The notes below the pieces were generated by a model. The model ran no database searches and was not told where the DNA came from. It worked only from the letters and a program-made list of their open reading frames with translations. A program made the translations under genes and the position numbers. This document shows, in pieces, positions 1 to 12,200 of a stretch of 64,000 bases of DNA (positions are counted from its first letter, which is position 1; each line of letters starts with the position of its first letter). The stretch is from NCBI RefSeq assembly GCF_023055435.1, contig NW_025963846.1, positions 7,502,001-7,566,000 of the forward strand, written 5' to 3'. Source of the stretch: Haliotis rufescens. Taxonomy: Eukaryota.

Positions 1-170
1 GTGGCGAGGTCCTGTGTCTGTGTATCCCCTAGTGATGGGGTTTACTGGTCAATGTATTCACTAGTGAGGGGGTTAACTGGTCAATGTATCCCCTTGTGAT
101 AGGGTTTACTGGTCAATGTAACCCTAGTGTTGCGATCCCGTGTTTGTGTGCCTCCTAGTGTTGAGATCAT
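1..170. repeat. Short minisatellite, about 32-bp unit (ggtcaatgtatcccctagtgatggggtttact)
   Basis: ggtcaatgta recurs at 47, 79 and 111; it abuts the truncated 3' end of the Tc1 transposase. Confidence 0.8.
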
Positions 171-172
171 GT

Positions 173-1140
173 GACGTTACAAGTCGTTGAATGCTTCTCT
201 GAGGCAAACGGATCCATTCTTCATGAAGTGCGGCTTCAAGTCCAGCGAGATTTTGAACTGGGGGATCACGATGTCTGATTTTCCGGCCAAGAATGTCCCA
301 GAGATGCTCAATCGGATTAAGATCCGGACTACAGGCCGGTCAAGGAAGAGTAGCAATAGCTTCTTGACGCAAACAAGCCAAAACTGCCCGAGATCTGTGT
401 GGTCTAGCATTGTCGTCCATGTAAACAGGTCTTGTCTGAAGAGGATGGTTGTCAAAATGAGGGACTACCACTGGACGAAGAACGGCATCTTGGTATTGTT
501 GGCCATTCAGGTGTTCACGAATTGTCGCCAGTGGAAGTTTGCAGCCGAAGGAAACACAACCCCTTATCATGACAGACCCCCCGCCACATGCTAAGGTCTT
601 CTGGATTTTCCTTGGTGCAAAACGAGTGTTACGTTGCCTCCAAACATGTATTCGACCATCCACATTTCGTAGCAGCATTCGACACTCGTCAGACCAATGG
701 ATCCTTCTCCAGTTGGCCAAGTTCCATCGACTACGGGCACGATACTAAATCAGACGATTCCGCATGTGCCTCTCAGTCAGTTGAGGACGTTTTACTGGTC
801 TTCTGGCGTTATAACCAGCCGCTCTGAGGCGACGCCTTACGGTCATCGTCGAGAGTCTCTGATGGGTAATCCACTGCAGTCTTAAATCTGTTGAAGTGGC
901 AAATGGATTTCGTCTGACTATCCTGAAAAGACGTCTATCCTCTCTGTTAGAGGTCTTTCTTGGCCTACCAGACCTATGCCTGTCATTGACATCATTGGTT
1001 TGACCATGTTTGACAATCAAACGAGTGATAACACTGTGATGACGACCCATTTGTCTTGCAATGGCCCTGCATGACATGCCAGCATTTGTCATCCCTATCA
1101 CTTGCCATCTTTCAGCGTTCGTTAACTTTCTCCTCACCAT
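173..1140 (-). pseudogene. Tc1-family DD34E transposase pseudogene
   Basis: ORFs 745-1140 and 340-720 and the continuation below 340 are one frame broken by two stops at expected Trp codons. Motifs: paired HTH, GRPRKT, WSDE, DDNARPH, SPDLNPIEHLW; 34 residues between D2 and E. Confidence 0.93.
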
Positions 1141-1407
1141 GGCTGATTTTCAACCTCTATTGGGAGGGGAATCTCACACAGGAGCAAAATGCAACCACGT
1201 GTCTGAAACTTGAATTTCACTATTTATAGGGTAGGGGAACTGCAGCAACACGTAAGGTACGCTTTCCTTGTGGTATCTGGACAAATTTGGGTTCATGAAA
1301 CTATGGAAGCCTTATTCAGTCATACATCATCATATTTCGTATTTCTCATTCCTACACGTGAAATCAAGAGACTATGTATATGGTGGCGCTTAACTTTTGT
1401 GTATGTG
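173..1407 (-). mobile_element. Tc1/mariner DNA transposon, 3'-truncated
   Basis: Contains a DD34E transposase. The terminal sequence at 1386-1407 (revcomp cacatacacaaaagttaagcgc) is followed by TA and resembles the TIR of the second Tc1 at 4549-5830. The other TIR is missing. Confidence 0.9.
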
Positions 1408-1954
1408 TATATATGTCGAATCGTCGCTGAAGGTATTCAACGTGCACGGGACCTTTCTTGAACTCTGTCTGCAGTATATACACACGTAGTACTTCGACCT
1501 ATTGGTTTGTCGCACTCAGACAATAAGTTCTGATTAAATCATTTAATGTTGAAACTGATTGCAGGCAATTTCATGTGATCCGTCTGATGGCTCAACAAAT
1601 CTTCGACACATCAAATAATTGAGTCGCGATCATCTGATGAATCTGGCCAGGACTTTCAAAGCATTCGTAAAATGCTTGTTAGTTGAAAACTCCTCGCGTC
1701 ACTCGCTTCAATTTGTGGTATATGTGGGTGGGTTCTGGGGCTGCACATCCAAATGATGATAACAGTGGTAAAGACGAAACTCCAATCATCTTTCTAAGCA
1801 TACCTCGTACTTCATACGCTTCCGACAATTCTCAACAGATATATTTCGGAATTACTCCTCGAGCTTCCTGTCACTCATGCCCAGAATTCAAGGGCATAGT
1901 TCCCCAGTGTCCCACACTGTTGGGAATTGGTAGGCCATGATGGCAGCTGTCAAC

Positions 1955-2420
1955 TATTGAAGACAAATCTGATTATAGCATATTTGGAAGACAACCGGTG
2001 TGACATGGCTGATGTTAAAGACAATCTGGCGTCATATAGTTGATTTTGAATACAATTTGGCCTTACGTGGCTGATCTTGAAGACAATCGGGTATCATGCA
2101 GCTGATTTTGAATATAATCTGGTGACATATAGCTGATTTTGAAGACAATCGGGTTTCATCTGGCTAATCATGAAGACAGTCTGGTGTTACATGGCAAATC
2201 TTGGCGAAAGTCTGGCGTCATATAGTTCGATTTTTGAAGACAATTTGGCCTCACGTGGCTGATCTCGAAGACGATCGGTATCATGCAGCTGATTTTGAAT
2301 ATAATCTGGTGACATATAGTTGATTTTGAAGAGACTCTTGCGTCCGTGGCTGATGTTGAAGACAAACATGTGTCATGTGGCTAATCGTGAAGACAGTCTG
2401 GTATCACATGGAAGATCTTG
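1955..2420. repeat. Degenerate 31-bp minisatellite (gctgattttgaagacaatctggtgtcatata)
   Basis: gctgattttgaa at 2101, 2132 and onward; about 15 diverged units. Confidence 0.85.
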
Positions 2421-2574
2421 CTCACAGTGTCGACTCTTAGTTTGATTGTTTACAGGCTGACACCTGTGTAACGTACACACGACATCACATTGTACTTTTA
2501 CAAACAGTCACACAGGAGATCATTTCCGTAAAGGTAATCCATATACTGTTATAAACCTCTCACGATGTCACTCT

Positions 2575-4330
2575 GTTAGAAATATAGGTTTTCTCGGTTA
2601 AACCCGTAAAGGAGTTATTCCCCTCAGAATGCCCGGGTAAGAAGGCATTCCGTGAAAAGAATGCCCGGGTCAGCGGGCATTCAACTGCTCTCCTTCTTGG
2701 TAGGATATACTAAATGTTAAAGAGAAAACTCGTGATTTCAAATCTTAAGTGTACGTACAGTGCAATTTAATGGAAATTGAGATTAATGACATTTTGGCGA
2801 GGCAACGACGGTGATTCTTGTAAGGATTCTCCGCGTTCTTCAGGTCTTGTTTGTCCGGCATCGGATGTAGGTGGAACAAGCAGTGCTTCCAGTGTATCGG
2901 ACTTACTTGTGCTGGTGTGGGAGGTTTCAGTTCCTGCCTTCGGTAGTTTCGTCAAGATCTCCGAGAGCTGTTGTTTCTGTTCGTCAGACGTTCGCTTGTA
3001 GCTCCGCACAGCATCGCTTCTTTGACCTGTAATAAACAAAATACCGTAATAACAAGAAGTTTTAAAAATCCACACATTTCTTAATGACGTTTAGTTCCAG
3101 TTCTCGACATATGAGGATACACACGTGTTTGCAAATTTTAAACTAACTTGATAACTACAAATATTAATATTGAAAAATGCCACTGCAATTCTTTTTCACT
3201 CTCGTGTCGTTGTTTCACAATTCTTTTGCTTGACATAAACATTTAAACTGATTTAACCAAACTCTTCTGTCTACGGTTGAATAATTTTAAAAGGAGGATA
3301 TTTAGAAACATTTCAGAACGTTAGACTGTTAATACATAATTTTCATAACATACCTGTTACTCCACACATCAGTTGCTCGTCAACCTGCTCCAGGTATTGT
3401 CTGTTAGCTGCGGTGTCCCTCAGGGAGTGGTTGCTTTTTCTTTCCTCTAGTCCCGAGGCTGACAGGGTGTTGTGACCAAACGGGATGCTCGTAAACCTCT
3501 TTTCAGAATTTCTACATCGGCTAGGAGCAAAATAGAAAAATTCGGCGTATTTCCCAACGGGACTGAAAATATATACATCATGTTTATAAACAAAGTAAAC
3601 AAGATTTTAACGTTAACATTCAAAAAAGTAATTCGTATGCCATATTTTTTCATACGATATTAATTTTCAATATGGTTTTAATTATATAGCAAAATTAGTC
3701 AACAAGAATGATATCAATTCCTCTCGTTCCATATATCAAAAATAGCATAAAAAATATGAAAAGCGTAAAAAATATGCATACCATAGTAACAGCCTGACAT
3801 AGCATTGTCTTGGGTTGCCAAGGTTTTCCTAGGCTCGCACTTGTTTGGGGACAACTTTCCGTTGATTCAACCCTCCAGCATTGGTTTTGGAAACGACTTC
3901 GCGGTTCAACATGTATCTCCCCCCCTCTTTCGTCCGTGTGTGGTCCCGTTATTTGAGGGTCCTTTCAAATCTTCATGCTCCTTCCCACCTCAAAAGGCAA
4001 AATGGAGACCTAAAATTAGGAATTGTCTTTATGAAAAGTGGCGATTCACGTCCATATATAAAAGCAAACACGTTTTGATCAATGTTGGAATGGATATAAA
4101 ATTTCAATTTTTATGAACATCTCCAAAATAATAATTTTAAATACAATATTATATGAATAGTAAAATAATGTAGTTTACACCATTCCTCAGTTTTATCATA
4201 AAGATAATATATGAACAGCTTTAATTGATGGGCATTTTCGCTGAAACAGATTTAAAATAGAAAATATACATTTTACATACCTGTGAGGTAGAGAATCGTG
4301 TCAAGTAGTTGTTGGGGAGGTTACCCACGC
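2575..4330 (-). mobile_element. Crypton-type (tyrosine recombinase, DUF3504-like) DNA transposon relic with spliceosomal introns
   Basis: Four exon remnants with YR motifs, plus a putative terminal region with paired palindromes (2627-2682). The 5' part is cut by a SINE at about 4333. Confidence 0.8.
2767..4330 (-). pseudogene. Crypton tyrosine recombinase pseudogene; exons about 4330-4281, 4009-3782, 3562-3354, 3026-2767
   Basis: Spliced translation: PQQLLDTILYLT|GLHFAF*GGKEHEDL...SKTNAGGLNQRKVVPKQVRA*EN..CYVRL|..FGHNTLS..KSNHSLRDTAANRQYLEQVDEQLMCGVT|GQRSDAVRSYKRTSDEQK. All three introns are GT..AG. The frame carries stops and frameshifts. Confidence 0.87.
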
Positions 4331-4332
4331 AA

Positions 4333-4548
4333 GGGTGGTCAAGCCGTCTATGGCGCCGCAATTCGCTGTGCAGAGTTGCGTCCCTTGGGCACGCCAGAAA
4401 CCTATGTTTGTGGGTTCGAATTCCGATTCGCCCCGATTATGTTTCTAGGTTTGTCAGCACCATACCCGTGCTCGTGGGTTTCACCGAAGTGATAAACGTC
4501 CGAGACATGCATGACTTCGGGCTTTCCTCCCTCATTAAGCGTGATATA
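4333..4548 (+). mobile_element. tRNA-derived SINE family B (Leu/Ser-like head), truncated by the Tc1 insertion
   Basis: Matches the full copies at 17331-17609 and 35471-35739. Confidence 0.85.
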
Positions 4549-5830
4549 CACAAAGAAAAAAGTTAAGCACACTCCCATTTCTGAACCATGACAAATGGCA
4601 AAATGATGGCATGGGATGACTGACCACAGGAGCTGGGTGATACCAATGTCATCGGATAGAACAAACATTTGACAACAAATAAAGAAGATATTGGTAAGTT
4701 GTGATTGAAATTTACTAACAAAAACATCATGGTAACACAGGTACTGTTTTTGACCTTAGACAACACCTAAAAAAGGTATGGAGCTCAGGATTAACTAAAC
4801 GAGTTACGTTTGATGTTGCATGTGAGCATGTTCCTTAAAGTCTCTACTTGACATGACACGTGAAACAGATCAGTATCGGGTATAACCGCCACTAGCCCGG
4901 ATGACGCATTCCACCCTACGTATAATGCCTCCAGTCAGACGTTGGATCTGTTGATGGGTCAACAACAACCACTCCTGATGCAATGCTGCTTCCAATTGGC
5001 GTACAGTAGGATCAAGAGAGATACACCCCCAAACCATTACCGAGCCCCGCCGTATGCAACAGTCGGTATAATGTTCCTGGGGGTGTAGGCCGTGTTCCAG
5101 TGCCTCCAAACTCTTGTTCTTCCATCGGTGACGTGGAGCAGAAAGCGACTTTCGTCTGACCAATGGATCCGTCTCCAAGTTCTCAGATTCCACTTCTGTC
5201 GCGCAATCCACCATGCTGAACGAGCAGCTTTGTGGTGATCTTTATGACTCGTCTAGCCCTCAGTCCTGCTGCTTTCAGCCGGTTCCTGACGGTTCTGGTT
5301 CTGAAACGACGATTGGGCAACCACAGCTGTGTCAGACGAGTACTTAAAAAGGGTTCTCGGCGTATGAGACAAAGAAGGCCCCTGTCTTCGCGATGTGTCG
5401 TCACAGGTCTTCCGGATCTAGGACGGTTCTGTACATTACCGGTCGGAGCATGTTTCTTGACTAAACGGCTTACGACAGTGTGATGATACAACAAATTCCG
5501 ACCAATGGCATTACAAGACATTCCTGCGTTATGCATGCCTATTATTTGCCACCTTGTCGCGTTTGATAATCGCCTTCGTGCCATGTCATGGAATTACAGT
5601 TTAAAACCGAGCTTAAGAAAGCAATTTTAACGTTTGGATATACTGCTTTTAGAGGTACCCGAGGGTAGCATGCTGCACGGGCAAACGATGCATGGCACGT
5701 GAGCTTTCGTCACGCATAACTGATTACATCATTTCGAGAAAACATAATTCTTCCCGTAATTATATCTTTCATGACTGTTACAAACAAACAATAATTCATT
5801 ATATTAGGGTGCTTAACTTTTTTGTTTGTG
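4549..5830 (-). mobile_element. Tc1/mariner non-autonomous deletion derivative
   Basis: 22-bp TIRs cacaaa(g/c)aaaaaagttaagcac with 1 mismatch, TA on both sides, internal transposase remnant. Confidence 0.92.
4870..5584 (-). pseudogene. Tc1 transposase remnant with internal deletions
   Basis: N-terminal HTH/SGRP, GSVMVWGCIS and C-terminal GGYTRY are present; the segment carrying the D2 and E catalytic residues is deleted. Confidence 0.9.
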
Positions 5831-6404
5831 TATATATAGCTCAATGTAAGAGTGAAGTCAAAGTCTATTTGAGTCGACCTCAGACAGGAAAAGTGAAAAG
5901 ATGCATGAGTGTGTTTGCTTCAACGCCTCTTTGATAAGTATTTCAGTTGGACTAGGGCGTGTCAGACGTACGTGGGAGGACAGTCGGAAGTGATGCAGAT
6001 ATTAGGCATTTACGGCTTTCGTGAAACCCAATAAACATGTCAACGTTTCCACGTCCGGTTACAGACAGAGAAGGTACTTTAACCACTCCATATGCGTCTC
6101 CAGGTTCCAGACGCATTGTAAAAAGTCACCACCTCACACCGGGGACATGATAGAGTTGAGCGCTTGACCGCAAGAAACCTACAACCGGAATCGCGCCTTG
6201 TCCCTCAGTGTCACGTGACTTGGTCATACTTTTCACCAAAGAGCTGTAACGTGTGTGTGAGTAAGTGCGTGAGTGATTGACAACGGTACATGTACCTAGT
6301 ATAAGAACGAGCATATCAGGATGTGGACACTCAGACTGTAACACCCATTTACTGGCACGAAATGTTTTAAAATTTATATTTTTGGATTTGTAAAAAAAAA
6401 AATA

Positions 6405-6680
6405 TGCTGATATTCGACGATGACACTGTGTTATTAGTCGAAAGTCCATAAGAGCTGCAGAACACTTTGAATATTTTTAAAGATTACTGTTCAGAGTGGC
6501 AATTTAAACTCAACGTTAGTAAAACAAAGATAGTTATGTTTGGTTCTGGGCCAGCCAGAAAAGACGTTATTTTAGGTATGACGATACACCAATAGAAATT
6601 GTTGATACATGTATTTATATTTAGATATAAAATTTCACAAAAATAGAAACTTTAATCAGGCAGTTAAGGCCTTAAGTTAA
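6405..6680 (+). mobile_element. Non-LTR retrotransposon RT fragment
   Basis: Translates LIFDDDTVLLVESP*ELQNTLNIFKDYCSEWQFKLNVSKTKIVMF (YADD-box region onward). Confidence 0.8.
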
Positions 6681-6801
6681 GCCTTTAACCAAATATATGG
6701 CCCTTGGCAAATGATGAGTGGTATACATACAATTCGTGAATTGTACCACTGTGAGTGGTCTTGATGAAATAAAGAACTTATACTTGAACCATCTCCAAAG
6801 C

Positions 6802-6990
6802 ACGCGGGTGCGCGGATGGCCTCGTCGTCTATGGACCCGCAATTCGCCTCATAGGCGTCCGCGAATCTTTTGTCCCTTGATTCCAATCCCAGAGATACCT
6901 TGATGAGGAATCTTCATCCGGCGGCGTCATACCGTGCTCGTGGGTATCACGAAAGAGGTAAACATCTGAGACCTGCATCACTTCGGTTTC
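6802..6990 (+). mobile_element. Diverged SINE family B copy
   Basis: Head (ggatggcctcgtcgtctatgg) and body (ataccgtgctcgtgggtatcac...gagacctgcatcacttcgg) match family B. Confidence 0.6.
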
Positions 6991-6992
6991 AG

Positions 6993-7155
6993 AGGCGATA
7001 GAGTAGCCTAGTGGTTAAAACGTTCGCTCGTCACACCGAAGACCCGGGTTCGATTCCCGAAATCGGTACAAAGTGTGAAGCCCATTTCTGGTGTCCCCCG
7101 TCGTGATATTGCTGGAATTTTGCTAAAGGCGGCGTTAAACCATACTCTCTCACTT
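6993..7155 (+). mobile_element. Short tRNA-Asp-like SINE family A
   Basis: A box tagcctagtgg, GTC anticodon-like loop, B box ggttcgattcc, tail gcggcgttaaac..actc. Confidence 0.88.
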
Positions 7156-7170
7156 AATTCGGTTTTGTGC

Positions 7171-7719
7171 AAGTCATCTTCCCGAGGCAAGAGAGTTAAC
7201 TGTCTTTAATAGTCCAGTTTCCACCCTTGCCTAACAAGGGCTGGAATTCCTGGGCTCGATCGTAGCGCCACTAGTGGCTATTACGATTTATGTCCCTTCT
7301 ATGCCTCGCCTGTGGACCTATCAGATTCCACCTTTCGTATCACTTGCATTTGCTTCAAACAAAATGGCGGCGCTTAGTCAAGAAGATCTGATCGATAAAC
7401 AAGATCTATATTGTGATAAAACGGGTCTTACATCGCGTAGTGCATCAAATCACGTGCGTTGCTTGATTAAAATCATGAAAAGATTTGGAAAATATTTGTT
7501 GACAACGAGTTGGCGGTGCACATGCTTTGCAAATCCTGCAATCGACCGAAATCTGCATGACAGTTTACGAACCGGATTTCGATTTCGATGCGCGATTGTG
7601 ATTGGACTATGATTCGTTAGTCCAGGCAAAATATAACTCCATAATGCCAGCCTAGTTCGGCAAGGGTGGAAACTGGACTTTTATAGTCAATTAACTCCCT
7701 TGCCTCGGGAAGATGACTT
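7171..7719. mobile_element. MITE with about 78-bp terminal inverted repeats
   Basis: aagtcatcttcccgaggcaag..ccagtttccacccttgcc at the left is the reverse complement of ggcaagggtggaaactgg..cttgcctcgggaagatgactt at the right. Confidence 0.85.
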
Positions 7720-8817
7720 TAATTTGACGCATAATAATATAACTGACATATGTTTAAGTCTACTCCCTCACCCATACAGGCGACAGATGAATGTGCGTGG
7801 TTAAGCCAACCTTTCCTTAAGGTAAGTGTCACCATAAACCACAGGTAATAAGACGACAACTCTGAAACTAATTATCTATCTCTCTTTATCTATAGTCTAA
7901 ATCTAGAGGATCGCGTCTTACCATTTTATTCAGATTAATATATAGACTAGTTGGTTTAATGTGTCTACTGCACCGGGGCAAGTATATTTAATCGTATTTG
8001 CATTGTGAAATAAACTTAATATAATATTGAAAGATGGCATGAACGTGTATTGTCTTCAGTTTTACATGCTCAAAATCCTATGACTCATTACTACGGACTG
8101 AAAACGGCGGGGAATTGAGGGGCGGTACTAATCGCTTGTATATACCCGGAATATGATAGCACAAACTTTGCCGTCAACAGTCACTGGAGATGCAATTTCA
8201 GTGATTGTCTTTATATTGGTTTCACCAACGATGACAACTGTTTCGAAGTATTTCTGTACTGAAAAGTGAAGTTAATGTTAAATATATACAAACGAGAGAG
8301 TAACCTTGATTATGTCAAGACATGTATGTTCCTTCCTGACAATCAGTGATTATAATGATGGAACTGTAAAGCGTCATAGGTTGATCGGTCCTGTTTACAC
8401 AACAAACCACTGGGCAAGAAAGACCATGTTAGCTCGATGTCGTTTTAATTCGCCCTTTGACACTGTCATTCAGTGCCAATCTATTGGGGATGAAAATGGA
8501 CTGACACAGCACATTACTTGTGGAAAGAACACGAAAAATGCTTGGTTTTGATACAGTGATTTCACAAAGTGTTTTTTTTAAATATTTAGAAACGGTTGGA
8601 AATTCTAGAGTAAATCTTCAGCCAATCACAATAAATAAAAGCGACAAAAAACATTTCCATTTCCATTAGAAACTTCTAATAAAGTAAAGTCTATTGTACC
8701 ACTCCGATCATGAAAAAGTGATGACACCAGGTATTCCTGAAAAGGTGAGCGTACACTGCCTCATCGGTGGCACAAACCCATAAAAAATAAATTCTCCAAG
8801 AGCTACATGTATTTAAA

Positions 8818-9174
8818 ACCGCCTCCGTTGTCTTGTGGTAGAGCGTCCGCCCGGAGAGCGGAAGGTCCGGGGTTCGATCCCCGACCGCGTCATACCAAAA
8901 GACGTTAAAAGATGGTACTTGTTGTTACCCTGTCTGGCGCTCGGCATTAAAGGACTAAAACAAGTACTAGTCGGCTCGGAGTCAGTATACTGTGTCTGAG
9001 TGGGATATTCATGTAAAACTGCGGCATGGTATCTCAGTGAGCTAGCACTATAAATCGGCATCAGTCCGGACTAGTACAAGCAGCCACACAAACACACACA
9101 CGTACATGCACGTCGTTATATAAGTGCAATAATCTTGGACGCGACGTTAAACCCCATTTCACCTCACCTCACCT
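8818..9174 (+). mobile_element. tRNA-headed SINE family D with Meta/MESC-like core
   Basis: A/B boxes, gtcataccaaaagac..tcagtgagctagcactataaa core, (cacct)n tail; near-identical to 38924 and 57371. Confidence 0.9.
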
Positions 9175-9271
9175 ATATGTATGTAAGTAAAGTACTCTTT
9201 CTCATCGTCCCTTGTGCCTTTGCATTTCCTCTCTTCGCCTTCATGCCATTTGATATAAAAGGCAGTGATGA

Positions 9272-12200
9272 TCGAATTCTTGTTTTTACTCATACATTGC
9301 TGTGTGGTGAGTTTTAATTGTAAATAGTCTCGAATTCTGGTTTCTACTCATAGATTGCTGTGTGGTGAGTTTTAATTGTAAATAGTCTCGAATGCTTGTT
9401 TCTACTCATACATTGCTGTGTGGTGAGTTTTAAATGTAAATAGTCTCGAATTCTGGTTTCTACTCATAGATTGCTGTGTGGTGAGTTTTAATTGTAAATA
9501 GTCTCGAATGCTTGTTTCTACTCATACATTGCTGTGTGGTGAGTTTTTAATGTAAATAGTCTCGAATTCTGGTTTCTACTCATAGATTGCTGTGTGGTGA
9601 GGTTTAAATGTAAATAGACTCGAATTCTGGTTTCTACTCATAGATTGCTGTGTGGTGAGGTTTAAATGTAAATAGACTCGAATTCTGGTTTCTACTCATA
9701 GCTTGCTGTGTGGTGAGTTTTAAATGTAAATAGTCTCGAATTCTGGTTTCTACTCATAGATTGCTGTGTGGTGAGTTTTAATTGTAAATAGTCTCGAATG
9801 CTTGTTTCTACTCATAGCTTGCTGTGTGGTGAGTTTTAAATGTAAATAGTCTCGAATTCTGGTTTCTACTCATAGATTGCTGTGTGGTGAGTTTTAATTG
9901 TAAATAGTCTCGAATGCTTGTTTCTACTCATAGATTGCTGTGTGGTGAGGTTTAAATGTAAATAGACTCGAATTCTGGTTTCTACTCCTAGCTTGCTGTG
10001 TGGTGAGGTTTAAATGTAAATAGACTCGAATTCAGGTTTCTACTCATAGATTGCTGTGTGGCGAGGTTTTAATGTAAATAGACTCGAATGCTTGTTTCTA
10101 CTCATAGCTTGCTGTGTGGTGAGGTTTTAATGTAAATAGTCTCGAATGCTTGTTTCTACTCATACATTGCTGTGTGGTGAGGTTTAAACGTAAATAGACT
10201 CGAATTCTGGTTTCTACTCATAGATTGCTGTGTGGTGAGGTTTAAATGTAAATAGACTCGAATTCTGGTTTCTACTCATAGCTTGCTGTGTGGTGAGGTT
10301 TAAATGTAAATAGACTCGAATTCTGGTTTCTACTCATAGCTTGCTGTGTGGTGAGTTTTAAATGTAAATAGTCTCGAATGCTTGTTTCTACTCATACATT
10401 GCTGTGTGGTGAGTTTTCAATGTAAATAGACTCGAATTCTGGTTTCTACTCATAGATTTCTGTGTGGTGAGTTTTAATTGTAATAGTCTCGAATGCTTGT
10501 TTCTACTCATACATTGCTGTGTGGTGAGTTTTAAATGTAAATAGTCTCGAATTCTGGTTTCTACTCATAGCTTGCTGTGTGGTGAGTTTTAATTGTAAAT
10601 AGTCTCGAATGCTTGTTTCTACTCATACATTGCTGTGTGGTGAGTTTTAAATGTAAATAGTCTCGAATTCTGGTTTCTACTCATAGATTGCTGTGTGGTG
10701 AGTTTTAATTGTAAATAGTCTCGAATGCTTGTTTCTACTCATAGATTGCTGTGTGGTGAGGTTTAAATGTAAATAGACTCGAATTCTGGTTTCTACTCAT
10801 AGATTGCTGTGTGGCGAGGTTTAAATGTAAATAGACTCGAATGCTTGTTTCTACTCATACATTGCTGTGTGGTGAGGTTTAAATGTAAATAGACTCGAAT
10901 TCTGGTTTCTACTCATAGCTTGCTGTGTGGTGAGTTTTAAATGTAAATAGTCTCGAATGCTTGTTTCTACTCATAGGTTGCTGTGTGGTGAGTTTTTAAT
11001 GTAAATAGTCTCGAATTCTGGTTTCTACTCATAGATTGCTGTGTGGTGAGTTTTAAATGTAAATAGACTCGAATGCTTGTTTTAACTCATACATTGCTGT
11101 GTAGTGAGTTTTAATTGTAAATAGTCTCGAATTCTGGTTTCTACTCATAGATTGCTGTGTGGTGAGGTTTAAATGTAAATAGACTCGAATTCTGGTTTCT
11201 ACTCCTAGCTTGCTGTGTGGTGAGGTTTAAATGTAAATAGACTCGAATTCTGGTTTCTACTCATAGATTGCTGTGTGGCGAGGTTTAAATGTAAATAGAC
11301 TCGAATGCTTGTTTCTACTCATAGCTTGCTGTGTGGTGAGGTTTAAATGTAAATAGACTCGAATTCTGGTTTCTACTCATAGCTTGCTGTGTGGTGAGTT
11401 TTAATTGTAAATAGTCTCGAATGCTTGTTTCTACTCATAGGTTGCTGTGTGGTGAGTTTTTAATGTAAATAGTCTCGAATTCTGGTTTCTACTCATAGAT
11501 TGCTGTGTGGTGAGTTTTAAATGTAAATAGACTCGAATGCTTGTTTCTACTCATACATTGCTGTGTAGTGAGTTTTAATTGTAAATAGTCTCGAATTCTG
11601 GTTTCTACTCATAGATTGCTGTGTGGTGAGTTTTAATTGTAAATAGTCTCGAATGCTTGTTTCTACTCATACATTGCTGTGTGGTGAGTTTTAAATGTAA
11701 ATAGTCTCGAATTCTGGTTTCTACTCATAGCTTGCTGTGTGGTGAGTTTTAAATGTAAATAGTCTCGAATGCTTGTTTCTACTCATACATTGCTGTGTGA
11801 TGAGGTTTAAATGTAAATAGACTCGAATTCTGGTTTCTACTCATAGATTGCTGTGTGGTGAGGTTTAAATGTAAATAGACTCGAATTCTGGTTTCTACTC
11901 ATAGCTTGCTGTGTGGTGAGGTTTAAATGTAAATAGACTCGAATTCTGGTTTCTACTCATAGCTTGCTGTGTGGTGAGTTTTAAATGTAAATAGTCTCGA
12001 ATGCTTGTTTCTACTCATACATTGCTGTGTGGTGAGTTTTCAATGTAAATAGACTCGAATTCTGGTTTCTACTCATAGATTTCTGTGCGGTGAGTTTTAA
12101 TTGTAAATAGTCTCGAATGCTTGTTTCTACTCATACATTGCTGTGTGGTGAGTTTTAAATGTAAATAGTCTCGAATTCTGGTTTCTACTCATAGCTTGCT

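Noticed and set aside
6993-7070. tRNA genes at the SINE heads (also 8818, 38924, 52850, 57371)
   Set aside because: Acceptor stems are imperfect, and each continues into a SINE body with a tail and often a TSD
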